Shown in pieces: positions 29,525 to 39,213 of a DNA stretch of 64,000 nt. Within the stretch, counting starts at the first letter, position 1, and each line of letters opens with the position of its first letter. The position numbers were made by a program, and so were the translations under genes. This stretch comes from an uncultured Armatimonadetes bacterium (GTDB taxonomy: Bacteria > Armatimonadota > UBA5829 > DTJY01), in contig OY970325.1 in the NCBI GenBank assembly GCA_963717145.1, positions 448,001-512,000 on the forward strand, read 5' to 3'. The notes under the pieces are model-generated. The model made no database searches, was not told the DNA's origin, and saw only the letters and a program-made list of their open reading frames with translations.

Positions 29525-30292
29525 ATGCTGCGACCCATGCACTTCGAGATCATGGCTGCCGACCCGGAACGGGCGGCGAAGTTCTACACCGATGTCTTCG
29601 GGTGGAAGTTCCAGAAATGGGAAGGCCCGATGGAGTACTGGTTGATCATGACCGGCGACAGAAGTCAGCCTGGCATCGACGGCGGAATGATGAAGGGCGA
29701 CACGCCCATGACCATCAACACCGTTCCCGTCCCGAACATCGATGAGTACATCGAGAAGGTCACCGCCGCCGGTGGGAAGATCCACAAGGCCAAGCACGAG
29801 ATCCCCGGCGTTGGATACCACGGGTATGTCGAGGACACGGAGGGCAACGTGTTCGGCGTCCTGCAGCCGGCGAACGAGAAGATGGAGGGTGCCGAGTTCG
29901 AGAGTACGCACAAGACTCCGCGACCCGTACACTTCGAGATCACCGTTGCCGATCCGGACCGGGCGGCGAAGTTCTACACCGATGTCTTCGGGTGGAAGTT
30001 CCAGAAATGGGAAGGCCCGATGGAGTACTGGATGGTCATCACCGGCGACAAGGATGACCCGCACGGCATCAACGGCGGCATGATGAAGGGCGACGCCCCG
30101 AAGACCGCCAACACCATCGCCATCCCGAACATCGATGAGTTCGTCGACAAGGTAATCGCGGCCGGAGGGAAGGTCATCATGCCGAAGGACGAGATTCCGA
30201 CCGTAGGCATGTTCGCGTATGTCGCGGATACGGAAGGCAACGAGTTCGGCATCCTTCAGCCGTCGGAAGAGATGATGCGCGCCGCGGCGTGA
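29525..30292 (+). CDS. VOC/glyoxalase family protein with duplicated domain
   Basis: Two HFEI...AAKFYTDVFGW...DTEGN domains; GAGGAGG RBS. Confidence 0.88.
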   Translation: MLRPMHFEIMAADPERAAKFYTDVFGWKFQKWEGPMEYWLIMTGDRSQPGIDGGMMKGDTPMTINTVPVPNIDEYIEKVTAAGGKIHKAKHEIPGVGYHGYVEDTEGNVFGVLQPANEKMEGAEFESTHKTPRPVHFEITVADPDRAAKFYTDVFGWKFQKWEGPMEYWMVITGDKDDPHGINGGMMKGDAPKTANTIAIPNIDEFVDKVIAAGGKVIMPKDEIPTVGMFAYVADTEGNEFGILQPSEEMMRAAA

Positions 30293-30376
30293 TGGAGTGG
30301 GAGAGTGGGAGAGTGGGGGAGTCCCGTCCCTCCTCCCTCCTCCCCGCGTCCCTCCTCTCCAACGTAGAGGGTCGCC

Positions 30377-31960
30377 CTATTTCGGATTACTACCGGCAGC
30401 CGGCATGTGCCTGGCCCAGTAGAGGTCCTGCTTCTTCACGGCCAGGTACCCAAGACTCCCGTCCGTGCGGAACACCGGGCCCGTGCCGGGAAAGAAGTGG
30501 GCCGTCCCTGGACTGCTCGGGCCGAGCCAGACACCAGTGGCCTGCATGGTCTGTAACCTTATGAACTCCTGGAAAGAGTCCAGGAGGACCTTCTCGGCCA
30601 CAAGCACGCCCAGTGCGTCATATTCCGGCCCCTGCTGCCCGTCCAGGACCACAAACTGCTTCTTGCCTTTCTGCGCGGCATAGGCAATGTGCTGCCCGTC
30701 ACTGCTGAAGACAGGGGTCGTCTCCAGGATAAGATCGAATTCCGGCTGCTCCTGCCCATCCAGGACGACCGCCTGCGTCTTCTTTCTGATCACGACATAG
30801 GCGCAGTGCTTCCCGTCAGCGCTGAGAATCGGACTGCTTATCGCATCATACTCCGGCCCCTTCTGCCCGTCCAGAACGATACACTGCTTCTTGCCATCCT
30901 GCGCCCAATAAGCCAGGTGTTTCCCGTCGGAGCTGAGGACGGGATTACCCACGCCGTCTAACTCCGGCCCTTGTTGCCCGTCCGTTACTATCATCCACTT
31001 CTTGCCGTTCACCGCAAGATGGGTGAACCTTCCGTCAGCGCCGAAGACGGGCAAGCCCAACTGGTCATATTCGGGCCCCTCCCGACCGTCCAAGACCATC
31101 ACCAGTTTCTTGTTCCTCAGTGCAGGATAGGCGAAATGCTTTCCGTCAGGGCTGAAGGCGGATTGCGCCCCCGTCCCATCGTATTCCGGACCTGCCTGTT
31201 CGTCCAGGACAAAGAACCCTCTGTTGTTCCTGGTAGCTGCATAGGCAGAGTGCTTGCCATCAGCGCTGAAGATGGGATCGAACAGCTTGTCATACTCCGG
31301 CCCCACGCGTCCGTCTACCACCATCGTCCACTTCTTGTCGTTCTGCGCCGCATAGACCAGCTTCCCGTCCGGGCTGAAGAACGGGTTGCTCACCGCATCG
31401 TATTCCGGCCCCTGCTGCCCGTCCATGACCATCGCCCACTTCTTGCCGTTCTGCGCGATATAGGCAAGCTTTCCGTCACGGTTGAAGAAGGGTGAGCCCA
31501 GCGTGTCATGCTCCGTGCCCTCCTGCCCGTCCAGGACCATTACCCATTTCTTATCCCTGGTTGCACCATAGACCCAGTGTCTTCCGTCCGGGCTGAAGTA
31601 TGGGTTGCTTGTGCTATCGTACTCCGGCTGTTCCTTGCCATCGAGGACGATGAGCCATCTCTTGCTCCTGGTCACAGCATAGGCAAGCTTACCATCGGAG
31701 CTGAAGACAGGCTGGCCCACGCCATCATATTCGGACCCCTTCTTCCCATCCAGGACCATGAGGTGCTTCTTGCCTTCCTTCATACCGTAGGCGAAATGAC
31801 CGCCGTCGGCACTGAACGAGATTGACAGGACGAGGTCCTTGTACTCGCATAGCCGTGTCTCCTGAAGAGTGAACCCGCCTTCGACCGCTGCTGGAGACTG
31901 AGACGCCACTGCGCCAGATAGTAGAACGAGCCCAGCCAAGAAAACCACTAAGCGTGCCAT
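30377..31960 (-). CDS. Secreted WD40/TolB-like repeat protein (~11 repeats of ~37 aa)
   Basis: Repeated PxFSxDGKHxAY...VLDGQxGPEYD; signal peptide from ATG 31960. Confidence 0.8.
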   Translation of the reverse strand: MARLVVFLAGLVLLSGAVASQSPAAVEGGFTLQETRLCEYKDLVLSISFSADGGHFAYGMKEGKKHLMVLDGKKGSEYDGVGQPVFSSDGKLAYAVTRSKRWLIVLDGKEQPEYDSTSNPYFSPDGRHWVYGATRDKKWVMVLDGQEGTEHDTLGSPFFNRDGKLAYIAQNGKKWAMVMDGQQGPEYDAVSNPFFSPDGKLVYAAQNDKKWTMVVDGRVGPEYDKLFDPIFSADGKHSAYAATRNNRGFFVLDEQAGPEYDGTGAQSAFSPDGKHFAYPALRNKKLVMVLDGREGPEYDQLGLPVFGADGRFTHLAVNGKKWMIVTDGQQGPELDGVGNPVLSSDGKHLAYWAQDGKKQCIVLDGQKGPEYDAISSPILSADGKHCAYVVIRKKTQAVVLDGQEQPEFDLILETTPVFSSDGQHIAYAAQKGKKQFVVLDGQQGPEYDALGVLVAEKVLLDSFQEFIRLQTMQATGVWLGPSSPGTAHFFPGTGPVFRTDGSLGYLAVKKQDLYWARHMPAAGSNPK

Positions 31961-32321
31961 GTCTAACTCCATTCTCGCACATTCGACCGGAGCACGATGC
32001 CTTCTTCTTCGTTCCATCCGCACTCCACATTCTCCTCTCAGTTGTGGTTCTCCATCCTCTCCCCATTCCGCATTCGTAGTTTCCAGACCCAGCAAGTTTG
32101 CGGGCGAATGGCACGATTCTTGCAATAGAGCATCTCTTGGGAGTCTGTGCCGCATGATCCCGTGACCATCGCAGACCCAGGACTCGATATGAGGCGCAGG
32201 AAGTAGATAGCGCGCGAATACCAAGGCCTGGAATACCAGGTGGATCACCGACCACTCTCCACTATCGCTGGGATAAGCGCTCGGGCGGATGACGCCCGGG
32301 ACGTGACAAGGGAGGAACGAA

Positions 32322-33014
32322 ATGCGCGCCAGGACTATTACTCTCATCGGGATCGTCTGCCTCGTACTACTGCCGGCACTCTCCACAACCGCATTCGCGT
32401 CGAACATCTATACCACGGAAGACATGACGGCTACCCGCTATTGGATGTCTGACTCCCAGATCGGTGAGTCGTATTGGCATTATGGTGGCAGATACTACGA
32501 TACCGACCTGCAGGTCGACCGGTGGGTAACCGATGACTCCTGGTTCGGCTACCGGTATGGGTACCACTGGGCCGTCGTTCAGATGCCGATTGATTCCCTT
32601 AACGGCATGCAGTTTGCGCCGGGATCGGTCAAACTGTGGTTCTATTCGTACGGCTTCGCCGCGGACAAGAGTGTGCGTGGCATGAACTACGACCCAAGAG
32701 GCTGGATGACCGAGGAACATGTCCGGTGGATGAGTTCCCATTCCTCATCCACCCTCGTGGGTTCGGTTCCCGCCGGAGGGGCCGGATGGATAGGGGTTGA
32801 CGTCACCTCCCAGGTTCAGAGCCAGGTGAACGCCGGCTATGGCTGGGCAGGCTTCTACATTGACGGCCCTCCGGCTATCGGTACAGCGGACAGGATCGGC
32901 TCCTCCGAGGGCGGGTATGCGGCATACCTGGAGATCGTCCCCGAGCCCTCGAGCCTGATTGCGCTGATGGGAGGCCTGGCGGGGATGGGGTTCTTCCTCC
33001 GCCGGAGAAGGTAA
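32322..33014 (+). CDS. PEP-CTERM sorting-domain protein
   Basis: Signal peptide; C-terminal VPEPSS + hydrophobic helix + RRRR. Confidence 0.9.
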   Translation: MRARTITLIGIVCLVLLPALSTTAFASNIYTTEDMTATRYWMSDSQIGESYWHYGGRYYDTDLQVDRWVTDDSWFGYRYGYHWAVVQMPIDSLNGMQFAPGSVKLWFYSYGFAADKSVRGMNYDPRGWMTEEHVRWMSSHSSSTLVGSVPAGGAGWIGVDVTSQVQSQVNAGYGWAGFYIDGPPAIGTADRIGSSEGGYAAYLEIVPEPSSLIALMGGLAGMGFFLRRRR

Positions 33015-33094
33015 CACGAAAAGAAGGGCGGAGCACCCATGCGCCCCGCCCCTGTTCGGAATGGTTAATGAGGGATGGTTCATGGTTAATGTGG

Positions 33095-33193
33095 GGCCGG
33101 TCTCCCGTCAACCATCTCCGGTATCCGGTCTCCGGCATCAACCATTCCCGATATCCGGCATCAACCATCAGCCATCAACCATCAACCATTCCC
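33095..33193. repeat. Heptamer-repeat trailer of paralog 2
   Basis: Minus strand reads GGGAATGGTTGATGGTTGATGGCTGATGGTTGATGCCGG..., matching the trailer of paralog 1. Confidence 0.8.
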
Positions 33194-33856
33194 TTATGCC
33201 GCTATCGTCGCCGCCTCGGTCTCGCTCCAGTTGCCGATCTGACCCTCGCGGTTCACCCAGCGAAGCATGTAGTACACCGTCTTCCCCGCATCATCAGGAG
33301 CATACTCCAGGCTGAACGGGCTCTTGTACGCCACCGCCGCAAGCTCGCCATCGCCCGCGCCGGAGGGCAGTGTGCCGACCGTGCGCCAGATCTCGCAGCC
33401 GATCGCACCGACCGGCCTGCTTCGGCTCACCGTCGAGCCGTTCGTGTTCCGAATGCGGATCACGTGCTTCAGGCGGGCGTTCACATCGATCAGTCCGAGC
33501 GGCTTGTCCACACTCGCTCCCGCCGGCACCTGCGGCGCGGCAGTCTTGATCCCGAGCGCCTCGCGGTCGGCATCAGTCGTGTTCGGGCTGGCATTGATCT
33601 TCTTCACCAGCGCACGGATGACGGTGTCGAACGCCTTGCGCTCCTCATTCTTCGCCGAGCAGTAGCTCTGCGCCGTTGCCTGAGCGGTGTAGTGCTGCGC
33701 CAGGAGGGTGTCCCACTCCGGATGATGGTCCGCGAACGGCACCAGATCACCCACGACCAGTCCGAAGTGCGCGATGTTCGGCTCCAGATAAGCGATAAAC
33801 GTGTCGGCCCAGGCGGTGAAGTCAGCATCCTTGGCCGGCATATAATTGTTACTCAT
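33194..33856 (-). CDS. Uncharacterised protein (predicted helical N-terminus + FN3/Ig-like C-terminus), paralog 2
   Basis: Full-length similarity to 12274..12951; GAAGGA RBS-like sequence upstream. Confidence 0.85.
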   Translation of the reverse strand: MSNNYMPAKDADFTAWADTFIAYLEPNIAHFGLVVGDLVPFADHHPEWDTLLAQHYTAQATAQSYCSAKNEERKAFDTVIRALVKKINASPNTTDADREALGIKTAAPQVPAGASVDKPLGLIDVNARLKHVIRIRNTNGSTVSRSRPVGAIGCEIWRTVGTLPSGAGDGELAAVAYKSPFSLEYAPDDAGKTVYYMLRWVNREGQIGNWSETEAATIAA

Positions 33857-34162
33857 TGTCTTTTGGTTCCTTCCATCAGAAATGATCCGGATTCAGCGGA
33901 AGGACACCGCGACGAACAGCCGGTGGATGGCCCAAGGTCCGGCATGAACCATGAACCATTCCCCATGCCCCATGAACCATCATCCATCAACCATTCCCCG
34001 CATCCCTTCCCGAATTCCGGTTGCAGCCGGTCGCGATAAGATCACCGCCCCGGCCACCATTCACAGCCCACGGCCGATCGTCAACCATGCACTGTTCACT
34101 GCTCACTGTTCACCTGTCCGCGATCACCCCTTCGTCAAGAGCCATATTTGATTACAACACCG

Positions 34163-34192
34163 ATTATCGGAAAACGGATTCTTTGACTATAG
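34163..34192 (-). promoter_or_regulatory. Sigma28/SigD-like promoter
   Basis: Minus strand CTATAG-N16-CCGATAAT. Confidence 0.5.
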
Positions 34193-34223
34193 GGCCAGAA
34201 CTAATCTTTTTTGCGCATGGCAG

Positions 34224-34540
34224 TAGGGGAATTTGGCCGTGGCGTTACTCAGTCAGGCGGGGGGGAATTTCGATTAGGCGACTGCTTTATTCAGTTTAGG
34301 CGGGGGGGAATTTCGATTAGGGCACTGCTTTATTCAGTTTAGGCGGGGGGGAATTTCGATTAGGGCACTGCTTTATTCAGTTTAGGCAGGGGGAATTTGG
34401 ATTAGGCCACTGCTTTATTCAGTTTAGGCGGGGGGGAATTTCGATTTGGCCACTGCTTTATTCAGTTTAGGCGGGGGGGAATTTCGATTTGGCCACTGCC
34501 TTATTCAGTTTAGGCAGGGGGGAATCTCGGTTTGGGCACG
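34224..34540. repeat. Tandem array B: ~7 copies of a 43-bp unit
   Basis: ACTGC starts at 34281, 34324, 34367, 34409, 34452, 34495; consensus CACTGCTTTATTCAGTTTAGGCGGGGGGGAATTTCGATTAGG(G/C), degenerate at both ends. Confidence 0.95.
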
Positions 34541-34990
34541 GGGAAATATGAGCGTGGGCATCGGGAAATGGGCGTCCGGCGGGCGGAGAAAGACCACTCA
34601 GCGCCGGCCTGATCGAGCAGAGGTCGCGCCCCAGTCGAGCAACATCCCGGCCAAACCACAGCAGGGGTGGGGGATCATCGAACAAGGAAGCCCGACCCAT
34701 CGCCGTCCGCCTCGCCCCGACCAAACCCGCCGGCCTATGGAACTGAGGTCAGGAGCCGTGCAAGGCGAGGTGAATCCTATAGGGAAGACCCCGGCGGAAC
34801 CAAGAGGCGACTGTCCATCCTCCCTGTTACACTTGCATAGCCTGCAACTGGCAATAGGATTGGTCGCATGAAGGTTGTTGAGTCCCTTGCATCGAAAGGC
34901 TTTGCTATGGCATACTTGTGAGGATATGCCGTGAAGCTCGGACATGCGTTGATACTGCATGTCCTCGGTTCCGTGTTGTGCAGGTGCGAT

Positions 34991-37288
34991 ATGCCTAAGT
35001 TTACCGTAGACACACATCTTTTTCGAGAACTGGGCGAGCTTCTTGTCGGTCGTGATTCCACGGCTCTGGTTGAGCTCGTTAAGAACTCCTATGACGCCGA
35101 TGCCACCCATGTTCAGGTCTATGGCGAGAGTCTTGATACGCCCGAGAATGGCTTCATCATCATTCGCGATGATGGTGTTGGGATGAATTCCAGGCAGTTC
35201 GAGGAAGGATTCCTTCGTGTGGCGTCAAGGATCAAGAGCCATGGCGACCCAAGATCGCCTAGATTCGGGCGGCGATATACTGGCGCCAAAGGCATCGGCA
35301 GGCTGGCTGCTCATAAGCTCGCAAGATACATTGCCATAGAATCGTTTCCATGGACATCCACTGGCGACGATGCTGAACCCATCGATGCCAGAATTGACTG
35401 GGATATAGTTGAGGCGCACCAGAACTTGGACGAGCTGGAAGATTCAGATGCAATAACGCTGGCGCCCCGAGCCAGCGCCGAAGGCTCACAGCGCGGAACG
35501 ACGATCACTTTGTCCAGGCTTCGTCGTCGGTGGACATCTTCTGAGCGCTCACGATTCTTCACCGAGGTGACCAGTTTCACGCCACCTGAGCAACTTGTGA
35601 ACCTACCTGATGGTGTTACCGATGAGGATTTGCTCTTCCTTACACCACGGATATGTGACACCACCAGCAAGGATCCGGGTTTCACGGTTGAACTCCATGG
35701 TGAGCTACAGGCAGGTGAAGACTACTGGGTAGCCCTTGCCCAGACCGCAGACTGGCTCATCGAGATAGACGCTAGCCGCGATCATGATGGTGCTCCTGCA
35801 GGCGCATGCAAGGTACGATACAAGGTTACACCGACGAAGTTGACACGTAAAGACTTACGCAGTGCTCGGTCTCGTTTCTTTGAAATGGACCACCCTTCTG
35901 CTGACGACGGGCCATTCTTCCAAGCCCGAATCCTGATTCGCGAAGGTCATCTGGCGGAACAAGGACTCGACACCGGGTGGTTGACCAAATCCAATGGCGT
36001 TAGAGTCTTTATGGAAGGCTTCCGCGTACTACCGTACGGTGAGCCTGGCAATGACTGGTTGGAGATCGACCGAGGTTATTCACGACGGCAGAGGCAACTG
36101 GCATTCCTCAAGGATTTGCCTGTCGGGGTACCGATGGACGAGGATGAGGGACTGATGGCTCTGCGAAATGCCAACTATTTCGGGGCGGTGTTCCTCACTG
36201 AGGAAGACGCCCCTGGTCTTCAAATGCTGGTGAACCGCGAGGGCTTTATCCCCGAAGCCAGCTATGAGACATTGTGCACCCTGGTCCGCATCGGCATCGA
36301 TTTGTCGACGCGGGTAAGAGCCTACTTCGGTCGCGAGCATCGTGAGCTATGGAGATTGGAGCGAGAGATTCAGCCTGAGATCGAGGTCGAGCCCGTTCGT
36401 CGGCTGGAGCTTCGGGAGCAGATCGAGGCGTCGGTCAGAAGGGCAGCAGAGTTCGCGCAACAGGCTCGGATACAAGCAGCAGAAGGGGATTTTGGTTCAG
36501 CAATAGAGTATATCGACCAAGCCGCGGAGGAGTTCGCCTTGACGTCCGAGGCCTCCGAACGGCTGATGACCGAGCGGGCCCTGACGCAAGTTCTCGCTGC
36601 TGTTGGTCTGCAGATGGCGGCCTTCGTGCATGAGATCAATGCTCTGCTGGGAATGGCTAATACCTTGCAGGTTGCACTCGAAGCTATATCCAGGGACAGG
36701 GCGCTGCCTGCTTCTGCGAGGACTAGGATCGGACAGCTTGTGGGGTCGGTAGGGGACCTTCGACGGGCAATAGAGCGTCAGGCATCGTACCTAGTCGATG
36801 TTGTCTCCGCCGATGCTAGACGGCGACGGTCAAGGCAAAGAATGGCAGAGAGGTTTGACGCTAGTAGAAGACTCGTCCAAACTTCGGCGGACAGAAGGGG
36901 AATCGAGATTGTGAATGATATCCCGAGCGACTTCCGAACACCACCTATGTTCCCGGCTGAGGTCACCGTTATCTTTACCAACCTTCTGACCAATGCAGTC
37001 AAAGCCGCCGGTGATAACGGTCGAATCCATGCATCCGGCGTCAGAGATGGAGCCGTCCTGCGTATCCGGGTGGAGAACACTGGTGCGGCGGTACCCTCAT
37101 CGGAGGGCGAGAGGTGGTTCAGACCCCTTGAATCGACAACGACAGAGATAGATCCATTCTTGGGACAGGGAATGGGGATGGGTCTTCCGATCACCAGGAA
37201 TGTTCTGGCTGAATATGGGGCTACGGCCCGGTTTGTGGAACCGAGCCATGGCTATGCAACAGCAGTCGAACTCACCTTCAAGGAGTGA
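34991..37288 (+). CDS. GHKL (MORC/Hsp90-like) ATPase fused to a histidine kinase module
   Basis: N-terminal ELVKNSYDADA, DDGVGM, GAKGIGRLA; C-terminal FVHEIN H-box, NLLTNAVKA, ENTG, GMGMGL. Confidence 0.88.
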   Translation: MPKFTVDTHLFRELGELLVGRDSTALVELVKNSYDADATHVQVYGESLDTPENGFIIIRDDGVGMNSRQFEEGFLRVASRIKSHGDPRSPRFGRRYTGAKGIGRLAAHKLARYIAIESFPWTSTGDDAEPIDARIDWDIVEAHQNLDELEDSDAITLAPRASAEGSQRGTTITLSRLRRRWTSSERSRFFTEVTSFTPPEQLVNLPDGVTDEDLLFLTPRICDTTSKDPGFTVELHGELQAGEDYWVALAQTADWLIEIDASRDHDGAPAGACKVRYKVTPTKLTRKDLRSARSRFFEMDHPSADDGPFFQARILIREGHLAEQGLDTGWLTKSNGVRVFMEGFRVLPYGEPGNDWLEIDRGYSRRQRQLAFLKDLPVGVPMDEDEGLMALRNANYFGAVFLTEEDAPGLQMLVNREGFIPEASYETLCTLVRIGIDLSTRVRAYFGREHRELWRLEREIQPEIEVEPVRRLELREQIEASVRRAAEFAQQARIQAAEGDFGSAIEYIDQAAEEFALTSEASERLMTERALTQVLAAVGLQMAAFVHEINALLGMANTLQVALEAISRDRALPASARTRIGQLVGSVGDLRRAIERQASYLVDVVSADARRRRSRQRMAERFDASRRLVQTSADRRGIEIVNDIPSDFRTPPMFPAEVTVIFTNLLTNAVKAAGDNGRIHASGVRDGAVLRIRVENTGAAVPSSEGERWFRPLESTTTEIDPFLGQGMGMGLPITRNVLAEYGATARFVEPSHGYATAVELTFKE

Positions 37289-37294
37289 TCCCCA

Positions 37295-38437
37295 ATGCCA
37301 GCAACGAAGGTTCCGAGCATTCTCATCATTGATGACACCCTCTCGCAGGTGGAGGGGCTTGCTAATCTCATCAGAAGCGAGGGATTGGCGAAGGTGGTCA
37401 TATGTGATCCGGATGAGGTTAGCCGCCTTGACGTGTTGAGGGCTGACTTAGTGCTGATTGACTATGATATCGCAAAGTGGCGCAAGGGTATTGAGCCGGG
37501 TGAGATCATCAGTCAGCAGCCCGGGAATGGACTCGCGCTGGTTCCCGTCTTAAGAAGCCACATAAAGCGGAAGGTTCAGCCAACCGCCTACGCCATACTG
37601 ACCGGTAAGATGGACGAACTGGCCGATCCTCTCCCATCTGAGTATCGCAACCATGCGCTGGCCAGCATAAACAACCTGGAGTGGATCTTCGAGAAATCCT
37701 CCCCCGGAGACGAACCACGATTATACCAGCAGATCGCTGAACTGGCTGCTGCTGTCAGGAGGCTCCCGCGGGGATGGACGCCATATTCTGATCGAGGCTC
37801 TGCAGAGCAGTTGGCAGGATTACTGGGACTTAGCCTGGGTACCGACGAGTCTGACGAGCTCATGCAGGATGTTCTTCGCTGCCATCCTCCGCTCTATGAG
37901 CTGTCGGAATGGAGTCACGGTCTAACTATTCTGCGATGGTTGCTCCACAGGATCCTGCCTTATCCGTGTTTCCTACTGGATACCAACTACCTCGCTGCTC
38001 GCCTTAGACTGCAGCATGCCGGACTGGAGAGCGCACTTCAGGTCGGATGCCCGCTTCGAAAGGCTCTAGCCCCCTATGAATATGATGGCATCCTACCTAC
38101 GTTTCTGGGCGGTCGATGGTGGCGAATGGGGGTAGAGAGGTTTCTATGGAACAAAACTGGGGGTATGTCTTTCGACATAGCGAGTGTCCGCAGGTTGGTA
38201 AATGCCCTGGCAGGGGAGGAGCTTCCGCCCAGTACTCCAGATGATTTTCCTGTAGTCTGCATCGGCGCCAGATACGAGTCCATGAAGGAGTTCTGCTCAA
38301 TCGATGAAGCCGTGCGGATTCGCCCAGATGATTGGCCTGCGTACGCTGAGCAAGCATGGACGACTCTGGAGCTTGCGAACGAGGAAACGAAGCTGAAGGC
38401 CCTTGTCATCGAAGAAGATAGAGAGAGGCTTGGTTGA
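37295..38437 (+). CDS. Response-regulator receiver-like domain protein with unknown C-terminal domain
   Basis: ILIIDD, DLVLIDY, GNGLAL, AILTG; directly after the kinase. Confidence 0.75.
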   Translation: MPATKVPSILIIDDTLSQVEGLANLIRSEGLAKVVICDPDEVSRLDVLRADLVLIDYDIAKWRKGIEPGEIISQQPGNGLALVPVLRSHIKRKVQPTAYAILTGKMDELADPLPSEYRNHALASINNLEWIFEKSSPGDEPRLYQQIAELAAAVRRLPRGWTPYSDRGSAEQLAGLLGLSLGTDESDELMQDVLRCHPPLYELSEWSHGLTILRWLLHRILPYPCFLLDTNYLAARLRLQHAGLESALQVGCPLRKALAPYEYDGILPTFLGGRWWRMGVERFLWNKTGGMSFDIASVRRLVNALAGEELPPSTPDDFPVVCIGARYESMKEFCSIDEAVRIRPDDWPAYAEQAWTTLELANEETKLKALVIEEDRERLG

Positions 38438-39213
38438 TGCTAGTGGAACAGCCTTCTCCTCTTCAACTCAAGTTCTCGTTTTCGGGGATCAAGGACGAGA
38501 TCCAGACCATGAGGGAACTGGCCTCCAGATTCATCACCCCGCAGTCTGCTAGTGTACTTCGGGAGTGGCAGCAGCAACTCGAGGGTATCCAGGCAAACCG
38601 ACCCCAGAAGCCACAGCATTGGTGCATAAGCCCAGAACACCCCATAGAGACGATTCCGAGCCAGGGCCAATACGAACGTGGCGCAAGAAAGGCTGCGACT
38701 GTGCGAGGGGTTCTTACCGCGAAATGGACAGTTCTGGTGTCTCCCGTACAAGGCAAGAAGTCGCTGAAGCCAGAGAGGTTCCTCGTAGTGGGCATAGCCT
38801 CGACCAAGATCCAGATATACCATTCCGACGGGCGAGAACTGGCGAGGTGGCGCTTTGAGATAGGACTGGGCCCCAAAGCTCCAGGATGTCGTTTCCATAC
38901 ACAGGTACTGGGCGAGAATAGTGATACTGTGTTCCCTAAGCTTCTGCCCGTGCCACGTCTGCCGTCCATATTGGTGACTCCAATGGAGAGCTTGGATTTC
39001 TTACTAGGGGAGTTGTTCCAAGACGACTGGCATTTCCGGAGCACATCGGAAGCTGCTCGTATGGCAGCATGGGGTAACAGCCATCGCGAGCGGGTAAGAA
39101 GACTGCTGAACTGGCATCTTGATGCTGTCTGTGGCAGTTCAGGTAGCGCTTGGACAGCCATTAAGAAACATACTTTGAACCAGGACGCGCTTGTGGAGGG
39201 ATCGAATAAGTGA
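38437..39213 (+). CDS. Hypothetical protein in the kinase/methyltransferase operon
   Basis: TGATG overlap with the upstream gene and overlap with the downstream start. Confidence 0.75.
   Translation: MLVEQPSPLQLKFSFSGIKDEIQTMRELASRFITPQSASVLREWQQQLEGIQANRPQKPQHWCISPEHPIETIPSQGQYERGARKAATVRGVLTAKWTVLVSPVQGKKSLKPERFLVVGIASTKIQIYHSDGRELARWRFEIGLGPKAPGCRFHTQVLGENSDTVFPKLLPVPRLPSILVTPMESLDFLLGELFQDDWHFRSTSEAARMAAWGNSHRERVRRLLNWHLDAVCGSSGSAWTAIKKHTLNQDALVEGSNK

Noticed and set aside
31961-32407. 149-aa N-terminal extension of the WD40-like ORF
   Set aside because: Overlaps the divergent PEP-CTERM gene; the signal peptide and RBS fit a start at 31960
33068-34039. Long alternative-frame ORFs (e.g. 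33068..34039, 48909..50357, 53348..54814, 57056..58414)
   Set aside because: Antisense shadows of well-supported genes in GC-rich DNA, with no motifs of their own
34224-34540. Array B as a CRISPR array or plasmid iterons
   Set aside because: Units are contiguous near-identical repeats with no spacers, and no rep, par or cas gene is nearby
34446-34871. 141-aa ORF starting inside array B
   Set aside because: Begins in a 43-bp-period repeat, has no RBS or recognisable domain; probably spurious
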